DNA of 64,000 nucleotides. Origin: Octopus vulgaris (lineage: Eukaryota). Positions within the stretch are counted from its first letter, which is position 1. Each line of letters begins with the position of its first letter. Under the pieces are notes generated by a model, which worked only from the letters and a program-made list of their open reading frames with translations, did not search any database and was not told where the DNA came from. A program made the position numbers and the translations under genes. The stretch spans positions 31,682,001 through 31,746,000 of the forward strand of contig OX597824.1 of the NCBI GenBank assembly GCA_951406725.2. The letters run 5' to 3'. Below are positions 14,267-28,048 of this stretch, piece after piece.

Positions 14267-14693
14267 TTTAACACACTCACCGGTAAAATTTCCACTTATT
14301 TCATATTTTTATTTTCCTAAAATTTTCGTTGCGTCTTGCAATCTTTTCAATAGTCTTGACTCAGTCCGTTATTTGCACTGCATTCCTTTTTGTCTGTTTG
14401 TGCGCATGAGTGTGGGTCAGTGTGTGTATGTGTGTGTGTGTACCGATGCATGCATGTATGTATGAATGTATGCATGTATATGTATGTATATATGTGTGAG
14501 TATGCATATGTATATATGTATGTGTGTGCACGTCTGAGTGTGTGTGTGTTTTGCAACTATGTACCGTGTTCGTATGTATGGATGTGCATCCCCATATGTG
14601 TGGACAAAAGAAAATTACTCTCCCCGGACACAACAAAATATGCTTCAACACACGAACTCACATAAAGAATCTAGCAAACCAAATCCCAAAACG

Positions 14694-14783
<90 letters not shown>

Positions 14784-14898
14784 GGTAAAAAGTGAAAAAA
14801 CTACAGAAGGCTTGTTTTGAACGGTTAAAAAATATATTTGAGTCATTATGTCAGAAGAATGTTATAAAATTTTTTCATACAGTGACATAGTTTTTGAA

Positions 14899-14933
14899 GA
14901 AATTACCGGTTTCGTGTTAACTTTTCAAATTTC
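14899..14933 (-). ncRNA. Minimal hammerhead variant, U3:A8 core
   Basis: GAAAU-UUGAAAA-GU UAAC AC-GAA-ACCGGU-A-AUUUC. Confidence 0.5.
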
Positions 14934-14992
14934 TCAAAACATCGTGTTATGTCTTCGTTATGAACACGTGATTTCACACACCAACTTTCTCA

Positions 14993-15082
<90 letters not shown>

Positions 15083-15084
<2 letters not shown>

Positions 15085-15568
15085 TAGTTTTATTTTTATA
15101 GCGTGTTTTCACTTCACTACCGAGCGCAGCTCTGTGTGCCTTGGGTATGTGCTGTGATTTGTTGTGATGCTCTGATGGTTATTGTATGGAAAGTGTTCTG
15201 CGTAGGATGTGTGCAGTGCCTAGTAGTGCAATTTTCTGTATGTTATATGTGTTTGTAAGTCCTGGTGTTTTTGTTATGTATTTGTCTGAATATTTTTTTA
15301 TCATGCCTAATGCACCTACTATGATAGGAATTGTTTCTGTTTTCAGATTCCACATTCTAGTTACCTCTATTTCCAGGTCTTTGTATTTTGAGAGTTTCTC
15401 CATTTCTTTTAGAGACACGTTGTCATCTACCGGTATTAATACATCAATTAGAAAGCATTTTTTTCTTCATGATCTCTGACAACTATATCTGGTCTGTTGG
15501 CCTTAATTTCTCTATCTGTGTGTATCGGCATATCCCAGAGTATGGTTGCTTTCTCGTTTTCTGTGACC
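15083..15568 (-). mobile_element. 3' fragment of R4/Dong-like LINE
   Basis: EKLSKYKDLEIEVTRMWNLKTETIPIIVGALG matches the C-terminus of the 17559 ORF; (TTA)n on both sides. Confidence 0.85.
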
Positions 15569-15626
<58 letters not shown>

Positions 15627-15644
15627 TACTACTACTACTACTAC

Positions 15645-15677
<33 letters not shown>

Positions 15678-15949
15678 ACTTGCAAAAACATCATAAAAGC
15701 ATCGCAAAAACTGCTACTCAGAGTTTCACGTGCCCATTCGTTGGGTATTTGTGATCCAGAGTGGAATATAAATTTAGGTTATACGAATAATTTATATCAT
15801 GATATAATTCACATTGACAGACTCACATTTGAATTTGATTGATCGTTTCAACTAACGGCTTTTCAAAAGCACTGAAGATGAGGCAGTAAATGTAAATAGA
15901 AATTAAAATTGAATTTACAAATTCTAAAGAATGTGCTTACAAATAACGA

Positions 15950-17170
15950 TAAAAGCTAACCTAAATAATATTGACTTTTTGATATTAACTAAAACTAACA
16001 ATTAAATAATTTAAACTCTACCGTAAGCCTAATGAAAAGCTATATTACATCAACAAAGAGTCAAATCATCTACTAGTAATCCTTAAGAATTTAGTTAGCA
16101 ATATAGGAAGGCGCAAATCATCAATATCTTCAGACGAGACAGCGTTTCAAAATGCCGCGCCATATTGTAATGATGCATTAAGAAACAGTGGATTCTCGGA
16201 GAAGATCTAGTATAGCCAAAACATAACTAACATTAATAGAGCGCATAGCACTAGACCTAGGAAAATCTTGTGGTTTAATCCGACATTTAACATCGCCGTA
16301 AAAACTAATATAGGTAGAGAATTCTTGAAACTAATTTCTAAGCGCTTTCAAGCAAACCACAAGTACCATGGGATTTGTAACGTCGCCTCTTTAATTAACC
16401 AGCAGGACACGAAAACTACTAGGAATTACCACAGTGCTGGAAATAATCATGAGAAGAATTGTATTTGTAATGACCAAAGTTGCTGTCCGTCTGGGAGGAA
16501 ATTATCTGGAAAAAAGGAATAGTATATAGACCCATGGTGCAAATAGAAGGCTCACAAATATATAAGACATAAATAGGGTCCACCGAATATTCCTTCAAAA
16601 CCAAGCTATATTCCCATCAAAATTCATTTCGATACTCTGAAAATAAATAAGACAGCAACGAATCTCGCTAAGCCTGTCTGGCAGTTGAAAAAAATGACAA
16701 CCGCCCTTTCAAAATCTACTGGACAATCTTAGAAAGAGCAGTACCATATGAGCATGGAGCGCATAGAGGCCCAATGAGGTGCAATTTGGGCCTAACTGAG
16801 AATTTTTTCATCCCTTTCCAGGATAAATACACCCTGAACCAAAAGTTGGAACTTTTGAATTCTTGCAGACACGCCTCGAAATATAAAATGTCTAACGGGA
16901 AAATACTGTGCGGGTAGCATTGATTTCGCATTTGAATTTGATTTTTCGCTTAAACCGGCATCTTGCCTTTCAAGAAACCTTTGACAGTATACAAACTATA
17001 TTTTTATTTTTATTTTCAGTTTTTACTCTTAAATGCACCCCTTTATAAACTATATGAAAACATTTTATATATCGCAATTTCAGAACTTTTCAACAATGAT
17101 TTTAAGTGCACACCCAAAAAGAACATCTATCATTGTCCAAATGAGTTTAAAGATGTCGAATGCCCGAATA
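15950..17170 (+). mobile_element. Degenerate Penelope-like element (RT thumb plus GIY-YIG)
   Basis: YRKPN..YINKESNH, APYCNDALRNSGF, WFNPTFNIAVKTNIGREFL and IGSTEYSFK motifs. Confidence 0.8.
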
Positions 17171-17282
17171 GAATTTTTTAGTTATTTTATTATTTCTATT
17201 ATTATTATTACTGTTCATTATCATCATTATTATTATTATTATTATTATTATTGTTATCGTTATCGTTATCATCATCACCACC

Positions 17283-17316
<34 letters not shown>

Positions 17317-17342
17317 TCATCATTATTATTATTATTATTATT

Positions 17343-20300
17343 CTATGTTTGACTTTTGCTTTATATTTGTACAAGTTGGCTCCAAGTCTCACCCAGAGAC
17401 CTCAAGAGACAACAGGGTTGGAAGTTCATGTTGTTGTTATGCCTAGTGTGCCATATATTTGGGGGGTGGGGATGTTGTACTAATGAATGTCTAAAAAATA
17501 AAAAGGTTTTTTTTTTTTTTTTTTTTAAACCGAAAATTATGTTTGTTTTAAACCTTGATTACATAGAGAGTATTTTGCGTAGGATATGAGCAGTTCCCAT
17601 GAGCACTATCTTTTGAACTTCTGCCATTTTGGGGTTTCCTGGTATCTGAGTTAGGTAGCTATCAGCCCCTTTTGCTATCATTCCCAGGGCACCTATGACA
17701 ACAGGTATTGTTTTAGTCTTCAGCTTCCACATTTTGCTGATTTCTATTTCAAGATCTTTATATTTGCTCAGTTTTTGGTAGGTCTTGACAGATACGTTTA
17801 TATCGATTGGGACAGTCATATCAATGAGGAGGCATGTTCTTTGTTTGAAGTCTTTCAATATGATGTCTGGCCTATTTGCATCTATCTTCCTGTCAGTTTG
17901 AATGGTGAAGTTCCAGAGGAGTGAGATGTGGTCATTTTCAAGCACTGGGGGTGGTTTGTGTTCCCACCAGTTTTTTTCATGGGGCAAATCCAGGTTTTTA
18001 CAGATTACCCAGTGAATATATTGTGCAGCTCTATCGTGCCTGTTGAGATACTCTGTAGGCGCTAGAAGACTGCACTTGGAGACCACATGGTCAATGGTTT
18101 CATTTTGTTGCTGGCATACACGACACGTTGGACTGCTTCTGATCTTTAATATGTTGGCCTGGTAGTTTCTTGTTGGTAGGCATTGATCTTGAGCTGCTAT
18201 GATAAACCCCTCTGTTTCAGATTTTAAGCCAGAGGCCATTAGCCATTGATGGGTCAGGGCTTTGTCGATATGTGCATTATTCGCTCTCTTTGGGTATTTG
18301 CCATAGAGAGGTTTTTCTTGCCATTTATTATTCAGAATATCTAAGGCCGCAGTTTTGGCACGGGTTTTCATGCGCCTAGCTTTTTCTGTGCTTGTTTCTT
18401 GTATATCTATCTCTAATTCCGAAATTGGTTGTATTCGGAATTCACTTAGATATTCCTTTGCCTGTTTTGTGACTGAGTATGATGCTTTCTTGTTTTCATG
18501 TTTTGAGACAAGTTTTAGCATCCAGTCCTCAGAGTTTTTCAGGTAGGTGTCTAGGCCAATTGTAGCAATCTTCATTGTTATTGCCAGTTGCAAAAGACCA
18601 CGGCCTCCCTCTTTTCTTGGCAGATAGAGTCGTTCTGTATCTGCCTTAGGGTGGTGCATTCTATGCATTGTCAACAGTTTCCTTATTTTTCTGTCGAGAT
18701 GACATATTTCAGTAATTGACCAGTTAACAATATTGAAACTGTAAGTCACGACTGGTATATCCAATGCATTGATTGCTTCGATCCTGTTTCTTGCATTCAG
18801 CTCTGTCTTGAGTATTGCTCTCACTCTTCGATAGCATTCTCTCCTGATCCTTTCCTTCATCTCTGAATGCCTTATTCCGTTCCCTTCAATTACCCCTAGG
18901 TACTTGTAGCTCTCCGCTGGGTCTAGTTCTTTTATGACATTCTGTTGGTCAAGGTTAACGTTAGATGTTTCTGTCATTTTTCCTTTGATAAAGGTAGCCT
19001 TTGCACATTTATCGAGGCCGAATTGCATTCTGATGTCGTCACTGAATTGTTTGACTATCGCTAGTAAGCCCTTGAGTTGTTGATCATTTTTTGCAAAAAG
19101 CTTTAAATCATCCATGTAAACGAGATGATTTATATTTTTATCAAACATTTTATACCCGTACTGCGCGTCATTGAGCAGCTTTGAGAGAGGTATTAAGGAT
19201 AAACAAAAGAGGAGTGGTGACAGTGAGTCACCCTGGAAAATGCCACACGAAATTTTTACATCACCAGCATTTAGGGATTCACTGTCACTGTTCAGAGTTA
19301 GTGTGGTTCTCCATGATCTCATACTTACAGTCAAGAAGTTTCGCAGAGTTGGTGCTATCTTATACATTTCAAGGCATTTCCTAATTCAGCTATATGGTAG
19401 GCTATCAAAAGCCTTTTTATAGTCTATCCAGGCTATTGATAAGTTTTTGTGTCGTTTGTGACAATCTTCTAAGATCATCTTATTGATGAGTAGTTGGTCT
19501 TTACAGCCGTAGGATCCACGTTTACATCCTTTCTGTTCATTAGGGAATATGCTGCTGTCTGTTAAAAAACTATAGGTATATTCCGTCAGGACAGATGTTA
19601 GTGTTTTGTACATAGTTGTTAAGCAGGTTATGGGTCTATAGTTTTTTGGTTCATTTGTTTCTTCACTTTTTGGAAGCAGGAATGTTAACCCATTAACTAG
19701 CCAAGGAGGCATCCTACTAGGGTGTTGCAAAACATCATTGTACAGTTCTGTTAGCAGTTCATGGCTCTCTGGGAAGGCATTCAGCCAGAAGTTAGGAATT
19801 TTATCCTTTCCTGGAGACTTCCATTTGCTTGACCTCCTGAGAGCAGATCTTATATCTTCTACCTTGACACCCTCCCACTTTTGCTCTTCTAAGGGGTCCA
19901 GTTCTGTAGATATTCTGTCAATCCAGGGGCCTTTTCGTTGTGTGTTTTTTCTTCTGCCCAGATTTTATTCCAAAATCTCTGCACTTCTTCTTTTGATGGT
20001 ACAGACCCTGCAGTAAACGCTGTTTTTCCTATCTTCCTGTAAAAATTCTTGGTGTTATTTTTGAACATGTTGTTGTCCTTGAAAAATCTAACACGCTTTT
20101 CATACCTCGCTATGCGGGCAGCTTTGGCAGATACCTTTTGTTTGATGGTTTCTATGGTGGCATCAATATCAAGTATAGTTTTCATATTGTATTTTTTCAG
20201 TAATTTTTGGGTTTTTGTAGGTTTGGTAGTCTTGTGAGCCTTAAGGTTTTTCAAATATTCAATGTCAGATCTAAATATTTTAATTTGTTGTTGCAGACGC

Positions 20301-21505
20301 TCTTGCCAAGAAGGCTTTTTGTGGGACTGTTGCCGTTTTCTAATCTTTACACCACATAGGATCGTTGAGATTTTCGCGGATGCATAGTATAGGTGGTTGA
20401 GGTTTGTGATATCAACATCATTAACTGAAATTATATCCTTAAGTGCAAGCCGGATTTTACCAATTATTTTCATGTTTTGGTTAGAGTTGCGGATTTTAGG
20501 AAGTGTATCACGCTCATCCATGCTGGTTTCTTTAATTTTCAGCCATTCAATCATGATTTGATTTTTTAGCTCATGTAGTTCTGTTGGGTCAATATTTGTG
20601 TGACTTTCTTTATCTATTTGATGCTCATCTGTCTTAGTGTTTATGATTGGTTCAGGGCGTATTTCACTTTGCCTATCACTTATACTAACTCTTTCAATCC
20701 TCTCTTCGTTTTTATCCGCCCTGGGCTGGTCTATAATCATTTCCTCTGTATTATCTTCTCTAGCTGCAGCTTCGTTCATTTTATCCGATATTGCTTGTCT
20801 AACCTGATCAATCTCTACTTCAGTCAGTAATTTCTTTTTTATAATGTTTCTTCTAACATTGGCAAGCTTGTTACTGTCTATGTAGGGTCTTACTTCAGGG
20901 TGTTTCTGTCTCCAGTTTAAGTATGCTTGTACAGTGCTAGACTTATCTGTGGGGAAATATATGGCATGGTAGAAGGCCTCAAGAACTTCTTTATTATCTT
21001 CCCTAGACCATTTTTCCTTCTTTTTCTTTTGATTATTTGGTGATGAGCATGGATGGCCATCTGTTGGAATATTCCGGTTGTGGGGTTCGTCCAGCTCCTG
21101 TGTGTTGGGAAGATTTGATCCAGTAACTGATTTTTCAATCAGGATTTGGTTCAATTTTCGGGTACGTGGTCTTTTGTAATCCGCGCAATGACCAATGCGG
21201 TTTATTGTTTGATTTGTTGACCTTGAAGCATGACGAGCATCCATTCTTATATTAGGAGATGGATCTGTCAGTTTAGGGTTCACTACATGTAAGCATTACT
21301 CATAGCGCCGCTTCTTAAGACTAGCAGATCTATATTCGTCTGTATTTTTTTTTGTTGATAGTTTTATCTCCGGACATTTTTTTTTTTTCTTCTTTTCCTC
21401 CTCTTCCTTTCTTCAAGGCTTACTGTGTCTGTATTAGTTCGAAATAATGAGAATAAAATACGGAGAAGGAAACGAAAAGAAAGGGAAAAAGACGGGATCT
21501 GTCAG
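17343..21505 (-). mobile_element. Near full-length R4/Dong-like non-LTR retrotransposon (RT plus restriction-like endonuclease)
   Basis: ORFs 19889-21283, 19386-19730 and 17559-19367 join across one frameshift (about 19925) and one TGA; RT motifs YRPIT, IDYKKAFDS, QGDSLSP, YMDD; CxxC..H..C knuckle, RHD, RPDII..IDM..KY RLE; (TAA)n at the 3' flank. Confidence 0.92.
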
Positions 21506-22110
21506 TTATTATTGTTATTACTATCATCTTCACCACCATCACCATCATCAGCAACATCACCATCACCATCATCATCTTCAATGACATTGTTTTATGTGTA
21601 GCCACAGCCACCATCAACACTCCATTGTGTTGGAGAATGGGTGGTTAAAGAATTCATGTTCTTTGGGTCTATAAATAGCTACGGTAGATGGTGGAGACAA
21701 AGGACGTTAATGGTCTGTAAAAGGTCAAACCTGTTTACGTTTATTTATTTATTTATTTATTTTTTCCTTTCTCTTTTCTTCTTCACCACATGCATATGTA
21801 TATGTATATATATGTATATTCACTCACACATATTATCTGATGTTTTCGTCGAAGATTTTTTTTTTTTCTTTTTTTAAATAACTTTCTGAGTTCAATGTTA
21901 TGTATATATTTTTTAATTTCTGAATTCAGTTGTATGTATATAGTAGTAGGTGCTTAATTCCATAACTTTTTATCGTGCATTTAATTGTGTTGTTACAATA
22001 AAAGGTAATTTAAAAGGCAATTTTACACATTCTTATAGTCATGAGAGACGACTAAATGTAAATGTTCACACAGAATTGGAGATATTTATGTTTCTAATTT
22101 TTCTTGTTAG

Positions 22111-22137
22111 GTGTACGTTTGTATGAGCTGTAGATAT
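22111..22137 (+). other. Candidate 27-nt 5'UTR micro-exon of the MS4A-like gene
   Basis: Branch-like ctaat plus pyrimidine tract and AG at 22109-22110, GTAAGT at 22138; coding exon 1 has an upstream acceptor, so a non-coding upstream exon is expected. Confidence 0.35.
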
Positions 22138-22202
22138 GTAAGTTATTTTTTGACTTATTTTGAGGGTAATTCAAATTACTTACAGAAAACAGTAGATCTT
22201 CC

Positions 22203-22242
<40 letters not shown>

Positions 22243-22243
22243 A

Positions 22244-22460
22244 AGCGGTGAGCTGGCAGAATCGTTAGCGTGCCGGGCGAAATGCTTAGCGGTATTTCGT
22301 CTGTCATCATGTTCTGAGTTCAAATGCCGCCGGGGTTGACTTTACCTTTCATCCATTCGAAGGCGATAAATTAAGTACCAGTTACGCACTGGAGTCTATG
22401 TAATTGACTGGACCCCTCCCCACCAAAATATGTTAGGCCTCGTGCCTATTGTAGAAAAGA
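22244..22460 (+). mobile_element. SINE family A variant
   Basis: Same head, different tail. Confidence 0.75.
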
Positions 22461-22826
22461 TTATTATTGTTAATAAGAGAGCGAGCTGGCAGAACCGTTA
22501 GCGAGTTGGACAAAATGCGGTATTTCGCCTGCCGCTGAGATTCGCATTGGCAAGGCCTGTTCAATGTTTATTGTTGCAGCGTATACATTACTTACCCAAC
22601 ATACATATCTTGATTAGGCCTATTCACATTACATAAAATAATGTTTTTAGCACTTTAATTTTATTTATTATTTTAATTGTTTTTAATTAGTGTCGCTCAT
22701 TCTACACCTCCGATATCACACTACTACATTCCTTCTTTTAACAATTTTTATATTTATATTCAACACGCCAGACACGCCGTTGTATGTATGAATACGTATT
22801 GCGTATGTATAATGTATGTATATATG

Positions 22827-22914
<88 letters not shown>

Positions 22915-23094
22915 TGTGTGTATGTATATCGTTGCTGTTATGCAAGAGTGTCATAAGTCCAAAACGTTGCTTTTTCATAAAACGAAAAAATAGTTTCACC
23001 ATTCCATAGCAAAACCATTGTACTACACTCTGACAATTTTTCATGTCTTAGCATCGGAATCGGCTGGAGATACGATAGTTTAACATAATAGTAA

Positions 23095-23168
<74 letters not shown>

Positions 23169-23391
23169 AGAGTTTACGAAAAAAACAAAAGACGAAGACA
23201 GGTGGTGTACAAAACAAACAGATGTATTAGTATAACGCTCAGGAATAGAAACAGTCTTTTACGTTTCGAGCCTACGCTCTTCTACAGAATGGGACACAGG
23301 AAAAACAAGGAGAGACAAAAATGTGTGTAGGGGCTAACGATCTATTTGGGATGTACATACGTATCTATCTATATGTAGGCGAATATGGGCA

Positions 23392-24554
23392 TCTCTCTCT
23401 ATATAAACGGCAGTTTGTCTGTCTGTGTGTCTGTGTGTCTGTCAGGTTGTACCCTCACCCTGACCACGGCTTTCAACCGATTCTGATGAAACTTGACACA
23501 CACATAGCCCAATGTCATTATTCAAAACTAACGCAGCGAAAATTTTGAAAAGTTCCCCCAGTTCTGAAAAAAATTGATAAATTCGACATAGGGTCGAGAA
23601 TCTAAGCTTTTTATATGCAACACATTTTCTGTTGTAGTTCTCGCAACTTGCAATCGATTTTCACCAAACTCATGGTGAAGCTTAATGTTACCCTAAGAAA
23701 CTTAATTCTGACGATAGTTTTCCATGCAATACCTTACCATCAGAAAAAATCGATAAAATCATGCCATTTTGGGAAATCGCGTTCAAATTCAAGATGACAT
23801 ATTTTCGACAATATCTTTCACAAATTGGCAGGATTTTTTAAAAAAATTAACAGCGAGCATCATGTCTGCTCCAAGGAGCTATATGGCCCTTTTTATTCCA
23901 ATAGGATACTTTATTACTGGAAAAAATCGGTTAATTAAATCATATGTGGCACACAGCAAACCGATTTGTGTATTATACACAAATCACAGACTGTCTAGGG
24001 GACGCAACTCGACCTTTTTAACTCTCGGAACACGTGGGGTAAGTATCCAAAAATGTATAAAAATGTACAAAAACGGCAAAAAAGCGGGCAGCAATGTGAG
24101 TGACAACAACGAAAAAGTAAAAGGTGAATAAACTGAACAAACGAATGGAAAAGTTTTTTTGGTGCACACGACAAAAGCGGTTTATAATAAACCAAGAGTT
24201 TGCAAGTAGCGTCCGAGGACCCTTAGGGTACGTCAAAAATTTAAGATAAAACGTTTGGGGTGGTAGTTATAAAGAAAGTTTAAACGAAATAAGTATTCGA
24301 ATAACCTGCGGCTGCAGTAGCTATTAGCAGAAGTGGCGGTGTTGGGGGTAAAGTCTCGAATGTAATTTCTTCCTGGTAGGAATTGGTTGGGTTGAATTAT
24401 CGATAGCTGTTTGATAGTTATTTGGGAGTGAAGAGAAGACATTGCAACCTACACATGCGCCTTCATTCCCTAGAGGGAGAGGACTAGATTGGGATTAGTC
24501 GTTGCCTACTAGGGGGCTTTTACATACCCGGGCAACGCCGGGTTATGCTGCTAG
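23392..24554 (+). mobile_element. Non-autonomous Helitron
   Basis: 5' TC with (GTCT)-like subterminal microsatellite; 3' hairpin cccgggcaacgccggg and CTAG|T. Confidence 0.75.
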
Positions 24555-24864
24555 TGGGTATATACACACGATTATTTTATTACAACTTATCTTTCTTTTT
24601 TCTTCCTTTCATTTTGTTATGATTTTCCCATCTCGATACTTTAAAAGCCGCAACGTTGTCAAAATTGAAACGTTTCTCTATTTTCTCTTTTCGCCCCCAC
24701 TTATGTAGTTCTTTCTGTTTTTTCTTTCTTTTGCTCTTTAACTGGCGACGGCAAATGTGTGCGTTAGACGCGTATAACGTATATAAGTGTATTATTACCA
24801 CATACTTACGCACGGAGACGTATGTTTATATATGTGTGTATAGGTATCTATGTGTGTACACAAG

Positions 24865-24925
<61 letters not shown>

Positions 24926-25296
24926 ATTATATAGAAGGATTTACAGGACTAGTATGTTTCATTCAAGAGAAATCTTCAGGAAGCTTCTGAAGATTTCTCT
25001 TGAATGAAACAGTACTATCCTGTAGAACTCCTTCTATATAATAAATTAATTTTACTCTGCTATGTATTGAGTACCTTACTTACTGTGGTTAACCCCGGAT
25101 CAACCGGGACCTAATATATATATATATATATATATATGCATATGTTTGCCTGTATATGTATGTATTCTCAGCTTTTGTGTGTATTTGCGCATATATGAAT
25201 GTATATATTTGATTATAGTATATGCAAGTATATATGTATCTGCATGATTGCATGTACACATATGTATGTATGTATGTATGTATGCATGTATATGTA

Positions 25297-25525
25297 GGCG
25301 GTGAGCTGGCAGAAATGTTAGCACGCCGGGCGAAATGCGTTGCCGTATTTCGTCTGCCGTTATGTTCTGAGTTAAAATTCCGCCGAGATCGACTTTGCCT
25401 TTCATCCTTTCGGGGTCGATTAAATAAGTACCAGTTACGCACTGGGGTCGATATAATCGACTTAATCCGTTTGTCTGTCCTTGTTTGTCCTCTCTGTGTT
25501 TAGCCCCTTGTGGATAATAAAGAAA
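25297..25525 (+). mobile_element. SINE family A
   Basis: Near identical to the 13404 copy. Confidence 0.85.
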
Positions 25526-25564
25526 TAATATGTGTGTGTATGTATATATGTATGTATGTGTATA

Positions 25565-25595
<31 letters not shown>

Positions 25596-25732
25596 GATAT
25601 CCCATAGTGGGTTACCTTCATAACCCCTATCTTTGTACTATATATATATATGTGTGTTTGTGTGTGTGTGTGTGTGTGTATAAGTATGTGTGCGTATCTA
25701 TATGTGAATGTATGTGTATATGAATGAATGCT

Positions 25733-25789
<57 letters not shown>

Positions 25790-26051
25790 GCACCCGTCTT
25801 TTTGTATGTATGCTTATATGTATATATTTTTGTATTTGTATCTGTATATTTATGCTTATGTGTAGGTATAAGTATATTTGGAGCTGTACACGAAATAACT
25901 TCTAAAATACCAAATTTTGTCAAAAATTTTCAAAGTAAACCGTATTCTTCCTGAGACATTCCACCAGCATACGAAGTTTCAAAGTGTTTAGTTTTTAAAA
26001 ATCAGTTTAAAAATTTGTGAGCCAAACTGAACAGAGCTGTATATTTATGTA

Positions 26052-26970
26052 CTAGCTGACGTACCCGGTAATGCCCGGGAAAGCGGGGCTTATCCCTTCG
26101 TTCCGTTCTCATAATTGTTTCGCTAATCCAATAACAATACAAAGTATGTAGCCCTTAAAGCAGTTTTGTGCATTTACAGAGAATACCTAATTGTCTTACA
26201 CAGGATCTTGTTTTTAGGAATTCCCAATAAGTTATGAATACCCAAATTGTGAAGTCAATTATGTAATAACATGAAATTAGTTACCCGATAGTAAGAATTC
26301 AAATAAAGTAGCCCCGAAAAGGGCTTTAATGCGTTCCCAGAGTATATAGAACATAGGAGGAAATCCTAATAAGGTATATATACTAAAATCGTGAAGCATG
26401 TTACGTAATAACAGGCTAATCAGATATGAGGTAATAACAATTTATAATAAATAACTCTGAAAAGGGGTTTTGTGCGTTCCCAGAGAATATTACCCTCAGG
26501 GGCGCTAATGTTGGTATATTCGTGAATAGGTTATTAACCAAAATAAATGGATCCATTGTTTAGGAAAATACTATTTACTTGTTTTAGGGTTGTACTGGAT
26601 AAATTGCGAAAATAACTCTAACAGTTCAAATACTAAGAAATAAGCATGCTCAATTTCCTTTTTATGAAATAATCTAAGAAAATGAATGGGTTATTTCCCT
26701 TAGTTATATATAAGGATCCCTTCCAAGGGTAAATGGTTTATTTCCCTTGGCTTTTAAAATAAAATATATTAGATATATATAAGGATCCCTTCCAGGAGCC
26801 CTATCATCGATTTTTTTTTCAACAATCTGAGTATGCCATGAGGTTTCTAGACATGGGTTCTACTCACGTGTCTAATTTCACCAAAATCGATAAAACGATG
26901 TAGGAAGAGTTGGCTAACAATTCCACAAACACACCCACAGACAGAATTTCACACATGTGTAGTATATAAG
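26052..26970 (-). mobile_element. Non-autonomous Helitron
   Basis: aCTAG plus hairpin cccggtaatgcccggg at the left end. Confidence 0.6.
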
Positions 26971-27871
26971 CATGTGTTTATGTATTCATGTGAATATATG
27001 CATGTGTATTTCGTATATATAAGTATATAGCTTTTGTACGTGTATTTTTATATGTACACGTGTATGAGTTGCTTATATAAAAAGAAACCCGTTACTGATT
27101 TTATCAATATCTACGAGCTTTCCTAAACATATGAGTTAATTTTTTAAAACAGACTTACATTTATATTAATTGATTAATTATTTACCATTAATTAGATTAC
27201 TCTGGACATGCATGATTTCTTTTTAACCTAAAAATTTATTCTTGATGCAAGGTTTTCTTCGATATTATACCACACGATATTTGTCTTTTTATTTTAATTT
27301 TTGTTTTATTTTCTATTTTCTATTTACATTTACATTGAGGATTATATCATAATATGAATTATACATATAACCTAAGTTCTTATTCCATTCTGGATCACAA
27401 CTGCCCGACGAACGGGAAACTCTGAGTAGCAGTTTTTTGTGATATTTTTGCAGCTTTAACAATAAGGCATGTTACTTTACCTCCGGTACTCAAGTACTAT
27501 TTTCCCCACCTTCTTTCACATTTAGGTGTTTACTCTAGAATGTGTGTGAGTGTGTGTGTGTGTGTGTGTGTACACATACATATATATGTAGCTACTATGA
27601 GAAAATTTAGATCTTTTATAGGGATAATTTTGTCCAAGATACACTGGTTTAATATATTGCATTTTGAAGAGTCTATTGGAGTATTCCAATTGATCATAAC
27701 GTAATCATCCTTGTATTGTCCTTTTTCATGCTCTGATGAATTTCCACCCAAGGTATCTTGAAATGGAAGCTTATATATCTATATACGTTTTGTAGTTTAA
27801 ATTCATTTTCTTTTTCTGACTTTTTAAAACTTTTCTATTATTTTTAGATAAGTCTCACATAACCATCTAAG

Positions 27872-28048
27872 ATGATTGTTGGTTTCCAGTACAAGGCTAT
27901 GACCATAACAGGAGCATTTCATTTGGGCATTGGAGCTTTGTGTTTCATTATTTCAATGTTGGGATTTTCCACAAGAGTAATAACACGAAGTGGCCACCAC
28001 AACCTGTCTCTGCTAGTTGCTACACCAGCATGTATTGCGAGTCTATGG
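27872..28048 (+). CDS. CD20/MS4A-like four-TM protein, coding exon 1 (MIVGFQYKAMTITGAFHLGIGALCFIISMLGFSTRVITRSGHHNLSLLVATPACIASLW)
   Basis: Acceptor tttttAG ends at 27847, ATG at 27872, hydrophobic TM1, donor GTAAGT at 28049; 177 nt, phase 0. Confidence 0.85.
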
